A stretch of 64,000 nt of DNA, from NCBI GenBank assembly GCA_016870895.1, contig VGAA01000001.1:13157-77156 (forward strand), written 5' to 3'. This DNA comes from Actinomycetota bacterium. Its GTDB lineage: Bacteria > Actinomycetota > Actinomycetes > Nanopelagicales > Nanopelagicaceae. A program made the translations under genes and the position numbers. This document shows, one piece after another, positions 10,925 through 21,812 of this stretch (position 1 is its first letter; each line of letters begins with the position of its first letter). Under the pieces are notes generated by a model that saw only the letters and a program-made list of their open reading frames with translations, ran no database searches and was not told the DNA's origin.

Positions 10925-11647
10925 ATGGTAGAAAAATCTGCATTAACCATAGCTCGTGAAGCTTCTGGCATGTCAATTGAAAAGATATCCGATAAGACAA
11001 ATATCAGAATCGCTGTGATTGAAGATTTGGAAAAAAATTCAGTAGAAATATGTGGTGGAATTGCATATGCGCGAGGACATATCAGATCGATTGCCAAAGT
11101 GATAAAGGCAGATGCCGACTTGTTAGTTGCAGCAATTGAATCTGCTCAAAATGGTGATAAAAAATTAATCATTGAACAGCTAGCTGAAAATAATGTCGCT
11201 GATAAACCTAAAGAAAAGAAAAAAATTAGATTTAAGACCCTAGCTTCCATTTCTGCTACAACTTTAACACTTGGATTTGTAGCCCAAATTGCCATTAATA
11301 ATGCTTTAAATGTCAATGAGTCAATTGTTGTAGCGGGTGAAAGTAATGAAAGAACTTCAACTAATGAGTCCCTAACTACAGTTATTAGTGGTGTAAATCT
11401 TGTACTAACAGCAGTTGATGGAAAGAGCTGGGTTGGATTAACAAATTCACGTGGTGAGCAAATTTTTAATGGCCAAATTCTGTCAGGTCAATCTCAAACA
11501 TTTTCTGATCCAGAGTTAATTAAGGCAGTAATTGGCAATGCTGGTGTAGTTAAAGTTGAGCTAAATGGCTCAGATCTTGGTTTAGCCGGTGTGCCTGGTG
11601 AGGTTGCTAGATTAGATTTTGACCTGAATGGTTCAACTCAGTCATAA
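10925..11647 (+). CDS. rodZ: RodZ-like HTH / TM / DUF4115 protein
   Basis: N-terminal HTH (YARGHIRSIA), one TM, C-terminal GNAGVV..NG motif; ftsK-rodZ-rimO synteny. Confidence 0.82.
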   Translation: MVEKSALTIAREASGMSIEKISDKTNIRIAVIEDLEKNSVEICGGIAYARGHIRSIAKVIKADADLLVAAIESAQNGDKKLIIEQLAENNVADKPKEKKKIRFKTLASISATTLTLGFVAQIAINNALNVNESIVVAGESNERTSTNESLTTVISGVNLVLTAVDGKSWVGLTNSRGEQIFNGQILSGQSQTFSDPELIKAVIGNAGVVKVELNGSDLGLAGVPGEVARLDFDLNGSTQS

Positions 11648-11688
11648 ATAGAAGTTAAGTAATATTTGGACGCTATCCTTAGCGCACC

Positions 11689-13101
11689 GTGATTACAAAA
11701 CTTACTGAAGAGAAAATACCTCGTACCGTTGCGTTGGTCACTCTTGGATGCGCACGCAATGAGACAGATTCTGAAGAGTTGGCTGGCCGATTGGCTGCTG
11801 ATGGTTGGTTATTAATTAATGATCCAACAAAGGCTGAGATTGCGGTAATTAATACTTGTGGATTTATTGAAAGTGCCAAAAAAGATTCAATTGATGCTTT
11901 GATCCAAGCTCATTCTTTAAAGGGAAACGGTGTAACTAAAGCTGTAGTCGCAGTCGGATGTATGGCTGAACGATATGGAAATGAACTGGTAACCGCCCTG
12001 CCTGAAGCAGATGCCATTTTAGGTTTTGATGACTATCAGGAAATTTCAGCTCGGCTTTCAAAAATTATTGATGGCGGAAAAATATCCCCACATACACCAA
12101 AAGACCGAAGAACCTTACTCCCCATTTCTCCTAGCTCTCGCCAACAAGAGAAAAGCCGTAAACTCATTAGTGATCAAGTGCCACTTGGAGCGGTACTTAG
12201 AAAACGTCTGGATAATGCTCCAATTGCCCCTCTTAAGATTGCCAGTGGTTGTGATCGAAGATGTTCTTTTTGCGCCATTCCTTATTTCAGAGGTTCATTT
12301 GTCTCTAGAACTCCGACAGAAATAATTGAGGAGGCAAAATGGCTAGCAGATAATGGAGTTTCGGAAATTTACCTAGTAAGTGAAAACACCACTTCATATG
12401 GAAAAGATTTTGGAGACTTAAAGCTGATGGAAAAACTTCTGCCAGAGTTATCGAAAATCAATGAAATTAAGCGGATCAGGCTTTCATACCTCCAGCCAGC
12501 GGAGGTGCGCCCAACATTGCTGCAAGCCATGGTTTCAGTCGAGAAGGTTGTGCCTTATTTTGATTTATCTTTTCAGCATGCAAATGGTGACTTACTTCGA
12601 AAAATGCGAAGATTTGGGGATGGTGAAAAATTCTTGCATCTAATCTCTCAAATTCGCGCTTTAAATCCTGAAGCAGGTATTAGATCGAACTTCATTGTGG
12701 GTTTTCCAGGTGAGAGTGACGCTCAGTTTATGGACCTGATTGAATTTTTAACTGAAGCACAATTGGATGCAATTGGAATATTTGGCTATTCAGATGAAGA
12801 CAAGACGGAAGGTGCAACCCTTACCGATAAAGTTGAACCAGATATCATTTCTGAGCGCAGATCAGAATTATCCACTTTAGTGGATGAACTAATCACACAA
12901 CGAGCGGAGGCAAGAATCGGCCAGAAAGTCTCGATATTGGTTGAAGATGCAGATGAACAAGAGGGAAGAGCTGAACACCAAGGACCAGATGTTGACGGTT
13001 CAACTTTTATTCAATCTAGAAATAAGTATCGCGTCGGTGAATATGTAGATGCAATCGTCAGCGAAGTCTCTGGTGTAGATTTGATTGCACAAGCAATATG
13101 A
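11689..13101 (+). CDS. rimO: Ribosomal protein S12 methylthiotransferase
   Basis: LGCARN, NTCGFI, radical SAM CDRRCSFC. Confidence 0.95.
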   Translation: MITKLTEEKIPRTVALVTLGCARNETDSEELAGRLAADGWLLINDPTKAEIAVINTCGFIESAKKDSIDALIQAHSLKGNGVTKAVVAVGCMAERYGNELVTALPEADAILGFDDYQEISARLSKIIDGGKISPHTPKDRRTLLPISPSSRQQEKSRKLISDQVPLGAVLRKRLDNAPIAPLKIASGCDRRCSFCAIPYFRGSFVSRTPTEIIEEAKWLADNGVSEIYLVSENTTSYGKDFGDLKLMEKLLPELSKINEIKRIRLSYLQPAEVRPTLLQAMVSVEKVVPYFDLSFQHANGDLLRKMRRFGDGEKFLHLISQIRALNPEAGIRSNFIVGFPGESDAQFMDLIEFLTEAQLDAIGIFGYSDEDKTEGATLTDKVEPDIISERRSELSTLVDELITQRAEARIGQKVSILVEDADEQEGRAEHQGPDVDGSTFIQSRNKYRVGEYVDAIVSEVSGVDLIAQAI

Positions 13102-13640
13102 AATTCTTAAGTCGACCAAATTTACCTAACTCACTAACAATATTTCGAATAGTGGCATTACCATTTTGCGCATACGCACTTTTTAAAAATGGCGGCGACG
13201 ATAGTACTTGGCGAATTATTGCCTTCATATTATTTTTTATTGTTGGCTTAAGTGATATCTTAGATGGAAAATTAGCAAGAGATAGAGATCAAATCACAGA
13301 GCTTGGAAAGTTACTGGATCCAATTGCAGATAAAGCAATGTTGGCCACTGCCACAATTAGTGCTTCAATATTAGGACTTTTTCCCTGGTGGATAACTGTC
13401 ATATTCTTAACACGAGAAATTTTAGTAACCGTCCTAAGATTTGCAGTAATTAAGCGAGGTGTAATTCCTGCTAGTAGGGGTGGAAAATTAAAGACCTTTT
13501 TCCAAAGCTTTGGTGTTGGCTTTTATATTCTGCCACTTCCTTCTTTTTTATACTTACCAAGAGATATCTTTATGGCAGTTGCGATCTATTTAACTATTGC
13601 TACGGGCATAGATTATTTTAGGAAGGCCTTCCGGAAATGA
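13098..13640 (+). CDS. pgsA: CDP-diacylglycerol-glycerol-3-phosphate 3-phosphatidyltransferase
   Basis: CDP-alcohol phosphotransferase motif DILDGKLAR...GKLLDPIADK. Confidence 0.93.
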   Translation: MKFLSRPNLPNSLTIFRIVALPFCAYALFKNGGDDSTWRIIAFILFFIVGLSDILDGKLARDRDQITELGKLLDPIADKAMLATATISASILGLFPWWITVIFLTREILVTVLRFAVIKRGVIPASRGGKLKTFFQSFGVGFYILPLPSFLYLPRDIFMAVAIYLTIATGIDYFRKAFRK

Positions 13641-14113
13641 GTCAACTAGTAATTACAAAATCAATAATTAGACGACTTGCTAAATTAAACAAAACTTTGG
13701 CAGTTGCAGAGTCAATTACGGCAGGTGGAATAGCTGAACAGCTCACCAGAGTGCCTGGATCATCTAAAGTATTTTTAGGTGGCGTAATTGCATATAGTGA
13801 CCAGATTAAAATGTCTAAGCTTTCAATCATCAAATCTGATTTACAGAAACATACGGCTGTCTCAGAGCAGGTTGCAATTGATATGGCAAAAAATGTACGC
13901 AGAGAGTTTAAGAGTGATTATGCGATTTCAACGACTGGAGTCGCAGGACCTAAAAAGGCGTATGGCCAAAGAGTCGGAACTGTCTGGGTGGGTATATCAA
14001 GCGAAAAAGAGAGTTTTGCTATCTCCCTTGCCCTGTCGGGAGATCGAGAAGTCATCCGCCACGCCACAATTACTAGCGCATTAGCTGCATTAGAGCGTAT
14101 TCTTAAGCCGTGA
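13637..14113 (+). CDS. cinA: CinA/PncC family NMN deamidase (stand-alone domain)
   Basis: [19 protein letters not shown]. Confidence 0.9.
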   Translation: MSQLVITKSIIRRLAKLNKTLAVAESITAGGIAEQLTRVPGSSKVFLGGVIAYSDQIKMSKLSIIKSDLQKHTAVSEQVAIDMAKNVRREFKSDYAISTTGVAGPKKAYGQRVGTVWVGISSEKESFAISLALSGDREVIRHATITSALAALERILKP

Positions 14114-14394
14114 TACTTCTAAGAACCCATATCGGCAGCGCCCTGCGTGCGGCTCGAATTGAGCAGGGGCGTACTTTACGCGATGTAGCAAAAAGTGCAC
14201 GAGTCTCTCTTGGATATTTATCTGAGGTTGAGCGTGGGCACAAAGAGGCCTCAAGTGAGCTACTTAATGCAATTTGTTCTGCTCTAGATCTATCTCTTTC
14301 CACCATCTTGGTTGATGTTGCAACTGTGGTTAAAAACCACGAATCCCCAGTTTTAACAATCTCGACTTTGCAGGTGATAGAGACCGCCGCTTAA
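14110..14394 (+). CDS. clgR: XRE-family regulator, ClgR-like
   Basis: [32 protein letters not shown]; pgsA-cinA-clgR synteny. Confidence 0.88.
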   Translation: MILLRTHIGSALRAARIEQGRTLRDVAKSARVSLGYLSEVERGHKEASSELLNAICSALDLSLSTILVDVATVVKNHESPVLTISTLQVIETAA

Positions 14395-14395
14395 G

Positions 14396-14935
14396 TTGTC
14401 AGCTCAGCCAGCACTGGCGCTATATGCCCGCCAACTTGCCACAAGTAATAAATCTCGAGTTGCAATCTTTGCTGGCGCGAAAGCTGTTATAACTGAGGTT
14501 GGAAATTATCAATCTAATATTGCGGAAATAGCCATTCGCGCTCAGGTTTCAAAAGCTACTATTTATAATCAATTTGCAGACAAGGCAGAGATGATGGAGT
14601 GCCTAGTTGAATCTGAGGTAGGTAGATTAATCGAGATTGGCCTAGCAGCTTCTTCAAGACAAGAGGCGCTACATAAATTGTCGATTGAGATTTCACAAGA
14701 CTTAGCGCTTAGAAAATTGGTAGAAAGTGATCCAACAGATATTGCAAAATTGGTTACTATTTCAAACCATTCAACCTGGGTGCTTGCTCACCAAGGAATT
14801 GCCAAGATTTTTGGTGCAGACTCGGCTGCCTGTGGTGTAATTTTACGGTGGCTAATTGGCCAAATAGGATCACCGATAACCGAAGACGAATCTTTAGTCC
14901 AATCAAAGCGCTTAGCCAAAACTCTTTTTGAATAG
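14396..14935 (+). CDS. TetR/AcrR-family transcriptional regulator
   Basis: IAEIAIRAQVSKATIYNQF HTH; start codon uncertain. Confidence 0.85.
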   Translation: MSAQPALALYARQLATSNKSRVAIFAGAKAVITEVGNYQSNIAEIAIRAQVSKATIYNQFADKAEMMECLVESEVGRLIEIGLAASSRQEALHKLSIEISQDLALRKLVESDPTDIAKLVTISNHSTWVLAHQGIAKIFGADSAACGVILRWLIGQIGSPITEDESLVQSKRLAKTLFE

Positions 14936-14981
14936 CAGCGATATTCTTATTTTCCATCTTTATCCTTAACATGAGCCGGCG

Positions 14982-15179
14982 GTGAGTATGCGAATCTCTG
15001 AGCTTCGTAATCGTCTCAGCCAATACTTCTCAGATCCTGATACCTACGCCCGCGACATAATTCATAGCGAGCTGGGTGGTATCTCGGTAAATGCAGCGAT
15101 TGAGATAGGGATGGAGCCAGATGAGATCTGGCGAGCGGTGGTTCGTCATAACCCTTCGATGCCAGATAAATACAGATAG
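14982..15179 (+). CDS. DUF3046 family protein
   Basis: MRISELR...ELGG...AIEIG..P.EIWRAV pattern; typical position upstream of actinobacterial recA. Confidence 0.8.
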   Translation: MSMRISELRNRLSQYFSDPDTYARDIIHSELGGISVNAAIEIGMEPDEIWRAVVRHNPSMPDKYR

Positions 15180-15207
15180 CGGCGTGTCCCAGCCCTTTTT
15201 AACCCTT

Positions 15208-15223
15208 TCGAACAGTTGTTCGA
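15208..15223 (+). promoter_or_regulatory. LexA (SOS) box directly upstream of the -10 (TACACT 15224-15229) of a recA promoter
   Basis: TCGAAC-AGTT-GTTCGA matches the actinobacterial TCGAAC-N4-GTTCGA consensus. Confidence 0.92.
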
Positions 15224-15282
15224 TACACTAAGTCTGCCCAACCAGAGCGGTTCCACAGTTCCGCTGGCACCCCAAGCCAGCC

Positions 15283-15303
15283 GTCAGTGAGTTTCCGTAC
15301 CTT
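15283..15303 (+). promoter_or_regulatory. RecA-NDp/PafBC-type promoter motif
   Basis: GTCAGTG-N8-TACCTT versus consensus tTGTCRgtg-N8-TAnnnT. Confidence 0.7.
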
Positions 15304-15382
15304 CTGGACCGAACAATATGACCTTGCTTAAGAAATTAAATTTTCAAGAGATGGTCAAGGAGAAGAAAGGAAACAAATCACT

Positions 15383-16477
15383 ATGGCCTCTGCAAATAGA
15401 GAACCACAAGATGATAAAAAAGAAGATAAACGTTCTAGTGATCGTTCAAAATCACTAGATACCGCCCTTGCCCAAATCGAGCGTCAGTTCGGTAAAGGAT
15501 CGGTAATGAAAATGGGTGAGCGTAAAACGGTCGCCATGGAGGTCATTCCAACTGGTTCAGTTGCACTAGATATCGCGCTTGGTGTTGGTGGTCTGCCACG
15601 TGGCCGAGTTATTGAAATTTATGGCCCAGAATCATCAGGTAAAACTACAGTTGCATTACATGCAATTGCGAATGCTCAAAAAGCTGGTGGCATTGCAGCC
15701 TTTATTGATGCTGAGCATGCACTAGATCCAGAGTATGCAAAGAAACTAGGTGTTGATATTGATGCACTTTTGGTTTCACAGCCTGATACTGGTGAGCAAG
15801 CACTTGAAATTATGGATATGTTAGTTAGATCCGGTGCAATTGACATCGTTGTTGTGGATTCAGTTGCAGCATTAGTACCAAGAGCTGAAATTGAAGGTGA
15901 GATGGGTGATTCTCATATGGGATTACAGGCTCGTTTGATGTCGCAAGCACTTCGTAAAATGACAGGTGCACTCCATCAATCAAATACCACTGCAATCTTT
16001 ATTAATCAGCTACGCGATAAGATCGGTGTTTTCTTTGGATCACCAGAGACCACAACAGGTGGTAAGGCGCTTAAGTTTTATGCGTCAGTGCGCATGGATG
16101 TTCGTCGCATTGAAACTCTAAAAGATGGACAAGATGCGGTTGGTAATAGAACCAGAGTTAAAATTGTTAAGAACAAGGTTGCGCCCCCATTTAAGCAAGC
16201 TGAGTTTGACATTATTTACGGTGTTGGAATCAGCCGTGAGGGTTCACTAATTGACCTTGGCGTTGAAGCTGGAATTGTTAAAAAATCCGGTGCTTGGTTT
16301 ACCTATGAGGGCGATCAACTGGGACAGGGCAAAGAGAATGCACGGGCATTTTTAATTGATAATCCTGATCTAGCAAATGAAATAGAGAAAAAGATCCGTA
16401 CATCATACGTGCCAGCTGAAATCGACCCTGCACTAGCTGCAGCTGTTGATGAAGCAACTGCTGATGTTGAGTTTTAA
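15383..16477 (+). CDS. recA: Recombinase A (no intein)
   Basis: [28 protein letters not shown]; SD AAAGGA. Confidence 0.99.
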   Translation: MASANREPQDDKKEDKRSSDRSKSLDTALAQIERQFGKGSVMKMGERKTVAMEVIPTGSVALDIALGVGGLPRGRVIEIYGPESSGKTTVALHAIANAQKAGGIAAFIDAEHALDPEYAKKLGVDIDALLVSQPDTGEQALEIMDMLVRSGAIDIVVVDSVAALVPRAEIEGEMGDSHMGLQARLMSQALRKMTGALHQSNTTAIFINQLRDKIGVFFGSPETTTGGKALKFYASVRMDVRRIETLKDGQDAVGNRTRVKIVKNKVAPPFKQAEFDIIYGVGISREGSLIDLGVEAGIVKKSGAWFTYEGDQLGQGKENARAFLIDNPDLANEIEKKIRTSYVPAEIDPALAAAVDEATADVEF

Positions 16478-16499
16478 TCTCTAACAACTCAAATACACC

Positions 16500-16988
16500 T
16501 TGAAAAAATCTCAAGAAGTAGTAGCTGATCCCTACTCTGAAGCGATGTCAATTGCATTGTATGCACTTGCACCACGAGCTAAGAGTAGGGATGAGTTATT
16601 AAAGCAATTAGTAAAGCGTAGAGTGGATGCCGATATTGCAAATTCAGTTTTAGATTCATTAGAGTTACAAGGTCTACTCAATGATCTTGAATTTGCAAAA
16701 TTATGGTCTGAGTCCAGGCAGCGAAGTAAGAAGCTAAGTAAGCGAGTGATTGCTGGTGAGCTTCGCGTCAAGGGAGTTTCTCAGGACATTATCAGTGAGG
16801 TGATTGAGCAGATTGATGATGAAAGTGAGTATGCCCAAGCACTGTTGTTGGCGCAGCGCAAATTCAACTCAATTTCACATTTAGATCCAGAGGTCGTCTA
16901 TCGCAGGATTTCTGGCCTGCTTGCGAGAAGAGGTTATGGTCATGGAATTTGTAGCAAAATTATGCGGGAGTTAACTAATAAAAATTAG
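16500..16988 (+). CDS. recX: Regulatory protein RecX
   Basis: RAKSRDEL, GLLND..FA, LARRGY; follows recA. Confidence 0.92.
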   Translation: MKKSQEVVADPYSEAMSIALYALAPRAKSRDELLKQLVKRRVDADIANSVLDSLELQGLLNDLEFAKLWSESRQRSKKLSKRVIAGELRVKGVSQDIISEVIEQIDDESEYAQALLLAQRKFNSISHLDPEVVYRRISGLLARRGYGHGICSKIMRELTNKN

Positions 16989-17004
16989 CAAGTAGAATTA
17001 ACCG

Positions 17005-18441
17005 ATGCCTACCTTTGTAGTTGAAACCTATGGTTGCCAGATGAATGTACATGACTCTGAGCGAATTACTGGCCTGCTACTTGAGGCCGGCTACACCCAA
17101 GCGTTAGCAGATACCCAACCAGATTTAGTTGTGTTTAATACTTGCGCGGTTCGAGAAAATGCAGATAATAAATTGTATGGAAATCTTTCATTCTTAGCGC
17201 CACGAAAGAAAAGGGATCCTAACTTTCAAATTGCAGTTGGTGGTTGTATGGCTCAAAAGGATAAAGATTTAATTATTAAAAAGGCCCCATATGTAGATGT
17301 GGTATTTGGTACTCATAATATTGGCTCACTGCCAGTTTTACTTGAACGATCCAGAGTTGAAGAGGCTTCGCAGGTTGAGATTAAAGAATCCTTAGAGCAT
17401 TTTCCATCGACGTTACCGGTTAAACGAGATTCAGCATTTTCGGCATGGGTTTCAGTTTCTGTAGGTTGTAATAACACTTGCACATTTTGTATTGTGCCAA
17501 CATTAAGAGGTATTGAAAAAGATCGCCCAGCTCATGAAATTATGCAGGAGATAAGAGCGCTAGTTGATCAAGGTGTAATTGAGATTACCTTACTTGGACA
17601 AAATGTAAATGCTTACGGAGTCGATTTTGGGGACCGATTGGCATTCTCAAAATTATTAAAAGAATGTGGCAAAGTTGAAGGTTTAGAACGAGTTAGATTT
17701 ATGTCACCGCATCCACGGGACTTTACCGATGATGTGATTGAGGCAATGGCAGAAACTAAAAATGTTATGCCGCATCTTCATATGCCACTGCAATCTGGCA
17801 GTGACAAGATTTTACAATCTATGCGCAGGTCCTACCGTCGAGATCGATACCTTGGCATCCTAGAAAAAGTCAGAGATGCAATTCCACACGCTGCGATAAC
17901 TACCGATATTATCGTTGGGTTTCCTGGTGAAAGTGATGCAGATTTTGAACAAACTATTGATTTGGTAAAACAAGCAAATTTCTCAGCAGCATATACCTTT
18001 CAATACTCCAAGCGTCCTGGCACACCGGCGGCAACAATGCCAGATCAAGTAACTACTGAGGTGATGTCTGAGCGATATAACCAGCTTCATAAGATTCAGC
18101 AAGAAATTTCAAAAAATGAAAATGTAAAGATGATTGGTAAGAGGGTGCAGTTGTTAGTTTCAAGTCATGAAGGCAGACATGATTTGGATTTAAACAGGGT
18201 AAATGGCCGAAGCGCAGATTTTAGATTAACTCACTTTGATAATTCAGCAAAGCGTGCTCGACCTGGTGATCTAGTCGAGGTGGTAGTCACAGAGGCTTTT
18301 GCAAATCATATTGTCGCTGGCCAACCAGTTAGTGTGAAAAAAACCCGGGGCGCAGAGGCTCACGCCGCTTGGATGGAAGATAAAGGAGATCAGAAAATAT
18401 TATTAGGAATACCTTCCCTTGCCTCACTTAAAACTTTATAA
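17005..18441 (+). CDS. miaB: tRNA-i6A37 methylthiotransferase
   Basis: [28 protein letters not shown]. Confidence 0.96.
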   Translation: MPTFVVETYGCQMNVHDSERITGLLLEAGYTQALADTQPDLVVFNTCAVRENADNKLYGNLSFLAPRKKRDPNFQIAVGGCMAQKDKDLIIKKAPYVDVVFGTHNIGSLPVLLERSRVEEASQVEIKESLEHFPSTLPVKRDSAFSAWVSVSVGCNNTCTFCIVPTLRGIEKDRPAHEIMQEIRALVDQGVIEITLLGQNVNAYGVDFGDRLAFSKLLKECGKVEGLERVRFMSPHPRDFTDDVIEAMAETKNVMPHLHMPLQSGSDKILQSMRRSYRRDRYLGILEKVRDAIPHAAITTDIIVGFPGESDADFEQTIDLVKQANFSAAYTFQYSKRPGTPAATMPDQVTTEVMSERYNQLHKIQQEISKNENVKMIGKRVQLLVSSHEGRHDLDLNRVNGRSADFRLTHFDNSAKRARPGDLVEVVVTEAFANHIVAGQPVSVKKTRGAEAHAAWMEDKGDQKILLGIPSLASLKTL

Positions 18442-19344
18442 ATGAGTTTAGTTGTTATCTGTGGCGCGACCGCTACTGGAAAAAGTGATTTGGCTGTAAT
18501 GCTGGCGCAGAAAATTGGGGCTGAAATTGTTAATGCTGATTCAATGCAACTGTATACCGGGATGGATATTGGTACAGCAAAATTAACTACGGCAGAACGA
18601 GGTGGAATAAACCATCATCTAATCGATATTTTGGATATAAAGGATGAAGCAAATGTGGCTTGGTATCAAAGCATGGCAAGAGGGGTAATCGACCAACTAA
18701 TTGATCAGGGAAAGTCAGTTGTAGTTGTAGGTGGTACTGGCTTGTATGTTAAAGCGATATTAGATGATTTAAATTTTCCTGATACAAATCCGGAGCTTCG
18801 ACAGAATATAACTGAGGAAGCTGAAAGAGTTGGCAATGAAATAATGCATGAAAAGCTTGCAAAATTAGATCCGGCTGCGGCTTTAGCCATTCCAAAAGAG
18901 AATTTGCGCAGAATTATTAGAGCACTGGAGGTAATAGCGCTAACTGGTAAACCATTTACGGCCAATTTACCAAGGCAGGAGAGCAGTAGGTATCCAATGG
19001 CCAAACAGTTTGGCTTGGCATTTAATAGAGAGAATTTGGATCAAAAAATAGATGAACGTGTTGAGAACATGTGGGAAAAAGGGTTTGCTCGAGAGGTTTC
19101 TCTACTTATGACCAAAGGGTTAGAACAGTCGCCTACTGCTAGAAAGGCGCTCGGGTATAGCCAAATAATGAATTACTTAAAGGGGGAATGTAGTGAAGAG
19201 TTTGCTAAAGAAGAAACTAAACGAACTACTAAAGCTTATGCCAGGCGGCAAGAGACTTGGTTTAATCGGGATGAACGAATTACCTGGCTCCCACCAGCCA
19301 TAAATACAGTTCGGCTAGAAAAACTGTTGGCTAGTATTAATTAA
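18442..19344 (+). CDS. miaA: tRNA dimethylallyltransferase
   Basis: GATATGKS, DSMQLY, GGTGLY, YARRQ.TWF. Confidence 0.97.
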   Translation: MSLVVICGATATGKSDLAVMLAQKIGAEIVNADSMQLYTGMDIGTAKLTTAERGGINHHLIDILDIKDEANVAWYQSMARGVIDQLIDQGKSVVVVGGTGLYVKAILDDLNFPDTNPELRQNITEEAERVGNEIMHEKLAKLDPAAALAIPKENLRRIIRALEVIALTGKPFTANLPRQESSRYPMAKQFGLAFNRENLDQKIDERVENMWEKGFAREVSLLMTKGLEQSPTARKALGYSQIMNYLKGECSEEFAKEETKRTTKAYARRQETWFNRDERITWLPPAINTVRLEKLLASIN

Positions 19345-20138
19345 TGATAAACGCCACCCATGGGCATGGGACTCACAATGATTTTGTATTGGTCTTTGAT
19401 CCAGAGGATAAATTAAGCTTTTCAGCTGAGCAGATTAAACGAATTTGTGACCGCAAAAGTGGCGTGGGCAGTGATGGATTTATAAAAATAGTTAAACAGG
19501 ATAAAGCTTGGTTTATGGATTATTCAAATGCAGATGGATCACAAGCTGAAATGTGTGGCAATGGCATAAGGGTTATGGCTAGATACTTAACAGATCGTGG
19601 CCACCAACCCTCTGGTATTTACTCAATCAACACCAGAGGTGGAAGAAAATTTTTATCAGTTCCAGATTCAGGTGATGTCTCAGTAAATATGGGTAAAGTT
19701 TCTCAGGTAGGTGGTCAGATTAATGTAACGGTGAATTCACAAGAGTATTTTGGCTTAAATATTGATGTTGGTAATCCTCACGCAGTAGTTTTTGTAGACG
19801 ATTTAGCAGGTATTGGTGATTTGAAGTCAGCTCCCTTAGTTAAACCTGAAACAACTTATCCTGATGGTGTAAACATTGAGTTTGTTAGATTTCTTGAAGA
19901 TGGTCAGATCGGAATGAGAGTATTTGAAAGAGGAGTTGGTGAAACTCAATCCTGTGGGACAGGAACTTGCGCAGTTGCACTTGCTGCCACAATAAAAAGC
20001 AATAAAAACTTACCTATTAAATGGATAATTAATCCGCCCGGCGGAAGATTAATTGTTGAAATAGATGCTCACAGTAATGCAACACTTACTGGCCCAGCTG
20101 TTTTAGTTAAAGATTTAGAGTTGGATCAATATTTGTGA
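19344..20138 (+). CDS. dapF: Diaminopimelate epimerase
   Basis: HGTHNDF, NADGSQAEMCGNG, ERGVGETQSCGTG. Confidence 0.97.
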   Translation: MINATHGHGTHNDFVLVFDPEDKLSFSAEQIKRICDRKSGVGSDGFIKIVKQDKAWFMDYSNADGSQAEMCGNGIRVMARYLTDRGHQPSGIYSINTRGGRKFLSVPDSGDVSVNMGKVSQVGGQINVTVNSQEYFGLNIDVGNPHAVVFVDDLAGIGDLKSAPLVKPETTYPDGVNIEFVRFLEDGQIGMRVFERGVGETQSCGTGTCAVALAATIKSNKNLPIKWIINPPGGRLIVEIDAHSNATLTGPAVLVKDLELDQYL

Positions 20139-21577
20139 CAGATTTTAAATTTGATAAGGAAACTGGATTAGAGCTTGATATAGATTCACTGATTCGGGAA
20201 AATGCACAAGCAGTTGCTGAGTATGAATTAAATGAAAATCCAGAGAGCCCTAATCAAGATTTACAAGATAGACAGGCGCTTCGTCGTGTAAGTGGTCTAT
20301 CAACTGAATTACAGGATGTAACAGACGCTGAGTATCGACAACTTCGACTTGAAAAAGTTGTACTAGTTGGTGTCTGGACCGAAGGAACATCTACCGATGC
20401 GGATAACTCAATAAAGGAGTTAGCTGCTTTGGCAGAAACAGCAGGATCTACAGTTATGGACGCCCTAATTCAAGGCAGGGATAAGCCTGATGCTGCAACA
20501 TTTATTGGCTCAGGAAAGGTTAGAGAGGTTCGAGAAGCTGTCGTTGCCACCGGAGCCGATACCGTGGTTTGTGATGGCGAGTTATCACCAGCGCAACTTA
20601 GAACACTTGAACAGAAAGTAAAGGTAAAAGTAATAGATAGAACTGCTTTAATTTTAGATATTTTTGCACAACACGCAAAAAGTCGTGAGGGTAAGGCTCA
20701 GGTAGAACTTGCACAAATGTCCTACATGCTGCCCCGACTTAGAGGATGGGGTGAATCACTATCTAGACAAGCAGGTGGTATTGGTGGGCGCGGACCTGGT
20801 GAAACAAAAATTGAGACTGATCGTAGAAGAATTAATGACAAAATGGCAAAGCTCCGCCGTGAAATCAAAGAAATGAAAGTATCGAGAGATACAAAAAGAA
20901 GTGAGCGACGAAAGAAAAATATCCCTTCAGTGGCTATTGCAGGCTATACAAATGCTGGAAAATCATCATTACTTAACAGATTAACTGGCGCTGATGTTTT
21001 AGTTGAGAATGCATTATTTGCTACTTTGGATCCGACGGTAAGGAAAAGCGAGAGTGCAGATGGTCGGATTTATACGCTAGTTGATACGGTCGGATTTGTT
21101 AGACATCTACCTCATCAATTAGTTGAGGCATTCAAGTCAACTTTAGAAGAAGTTTCAGAAGCCGATTTAATTATCCATGTTGTTGATGGTTCTCATCCAG
21201 ATCCATTTGAGCAATTGCGAGCTGTTCGAGAGGTAATAAATGAAATTGGAGGTGGTCAGATTATGGAAATAATTGCAGTAAATAAAGCTGATGTTGCCTC
21301 ACCCGAAGTTCTGATGGAGATTTTACGAAAAGAATCAAATGCATATGCAATCTCTGCCCGTACGGGTTATGGCATAGAAAATCTCATAAGAGCTGTTGAA
21401 GCAGCACTACCAAAGCCTAAAGTTGAAATAAGGGCCATAATCCCATTTAGTAGAGGCGATCTTGTTAGTGCAGTCCATGAACAAGGAGAGATAATTTCAG
21501 AGGAGTATTTACCAGAGGGCACAAAATTACATGCCATGGTTGGAGGAGCTTTGGCAAGAAAAATAGAATTACTTTAG
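20135..21577 (+). CDS. hflX: GTPase HflX
   Basis: GPGETKIE, GYTNAGKSS, FATLD, DTVGF, NKAD. Confidence 0.97.
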   Translation: MTDFKFDKETGLELDIDSLIRENAQAVAEYELNENPESPNQDLQDRQALRRVSGLSTELQDVTDAEYRQLRLEKVVLVGVWTEGTSTDADNSIKELAALAETAGSTVMDALIQGRDKPDAATFIGSGKVREVREAVVATGADTVVCDGELSPAQLRTLEQKVKVKVIDRTALILDIFAQHAKSREGKAQVELAQMSYMLPRLRGWGESLSRQAGGIGGRGPGETKIETDRRRINDKMAKLRREIKEMKVSRDTKRSERRKKNIPSVAIAGYTNAGKSSLLNRLTGADVLVENALFATLDPTVRKSESADGRIYTLVDTVGFVRHLPHQLVEAFKSTLEEVSEADLIIHVVDGSHPDPFEQLRAVREVINEIGGGQIMEIIAVNKADVASPEVLMEILRKESNAYAISARTGYGIENLIRAVEAALPKPKVEIRAIIPFSRGDLVSAVHEQGEIISEEYLPEGTKLHAMVGGALARKIELL

Positions 21578-21614
21578 ACCGGTATGTATTTTTCATCTTA
21601 CTTTATGGCTGGAG

Positions 21615-21812
21615 ATGCTCAATCCAAAGGTCGCGATTATCAGTGTGGGTAAGGGAAACTCTTATGGCCACCCTGATGGAAAATTCATCAATGAATTAGC
21701 CCATCGAGGAGCAAAAGTTTGGCGTACTGATCAATCTGGTGGCATATCTGTTATATCAACCAATAAGATCAGGGTTGTCGGCAAAGAATGGTGGAAAATC
21801 AGGTGGGGTTAG
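21615..21812 (+). pseudogene. comEC: C-terminal remnant of ComEC/Rec2 (tail of the metallo-beta-lactamase domain)
   Basis: PKVAIISVGKGNSYGHP and VWRTDQSG match the ComEC C-terminal motifs; only 65 aa, directly upstream of holA where comEC normally lies. Confidence 0.82.

Noticed and set aside
15383-16477. Intein in recA
   Set aside because: 364 aa, colinear with standard RecA
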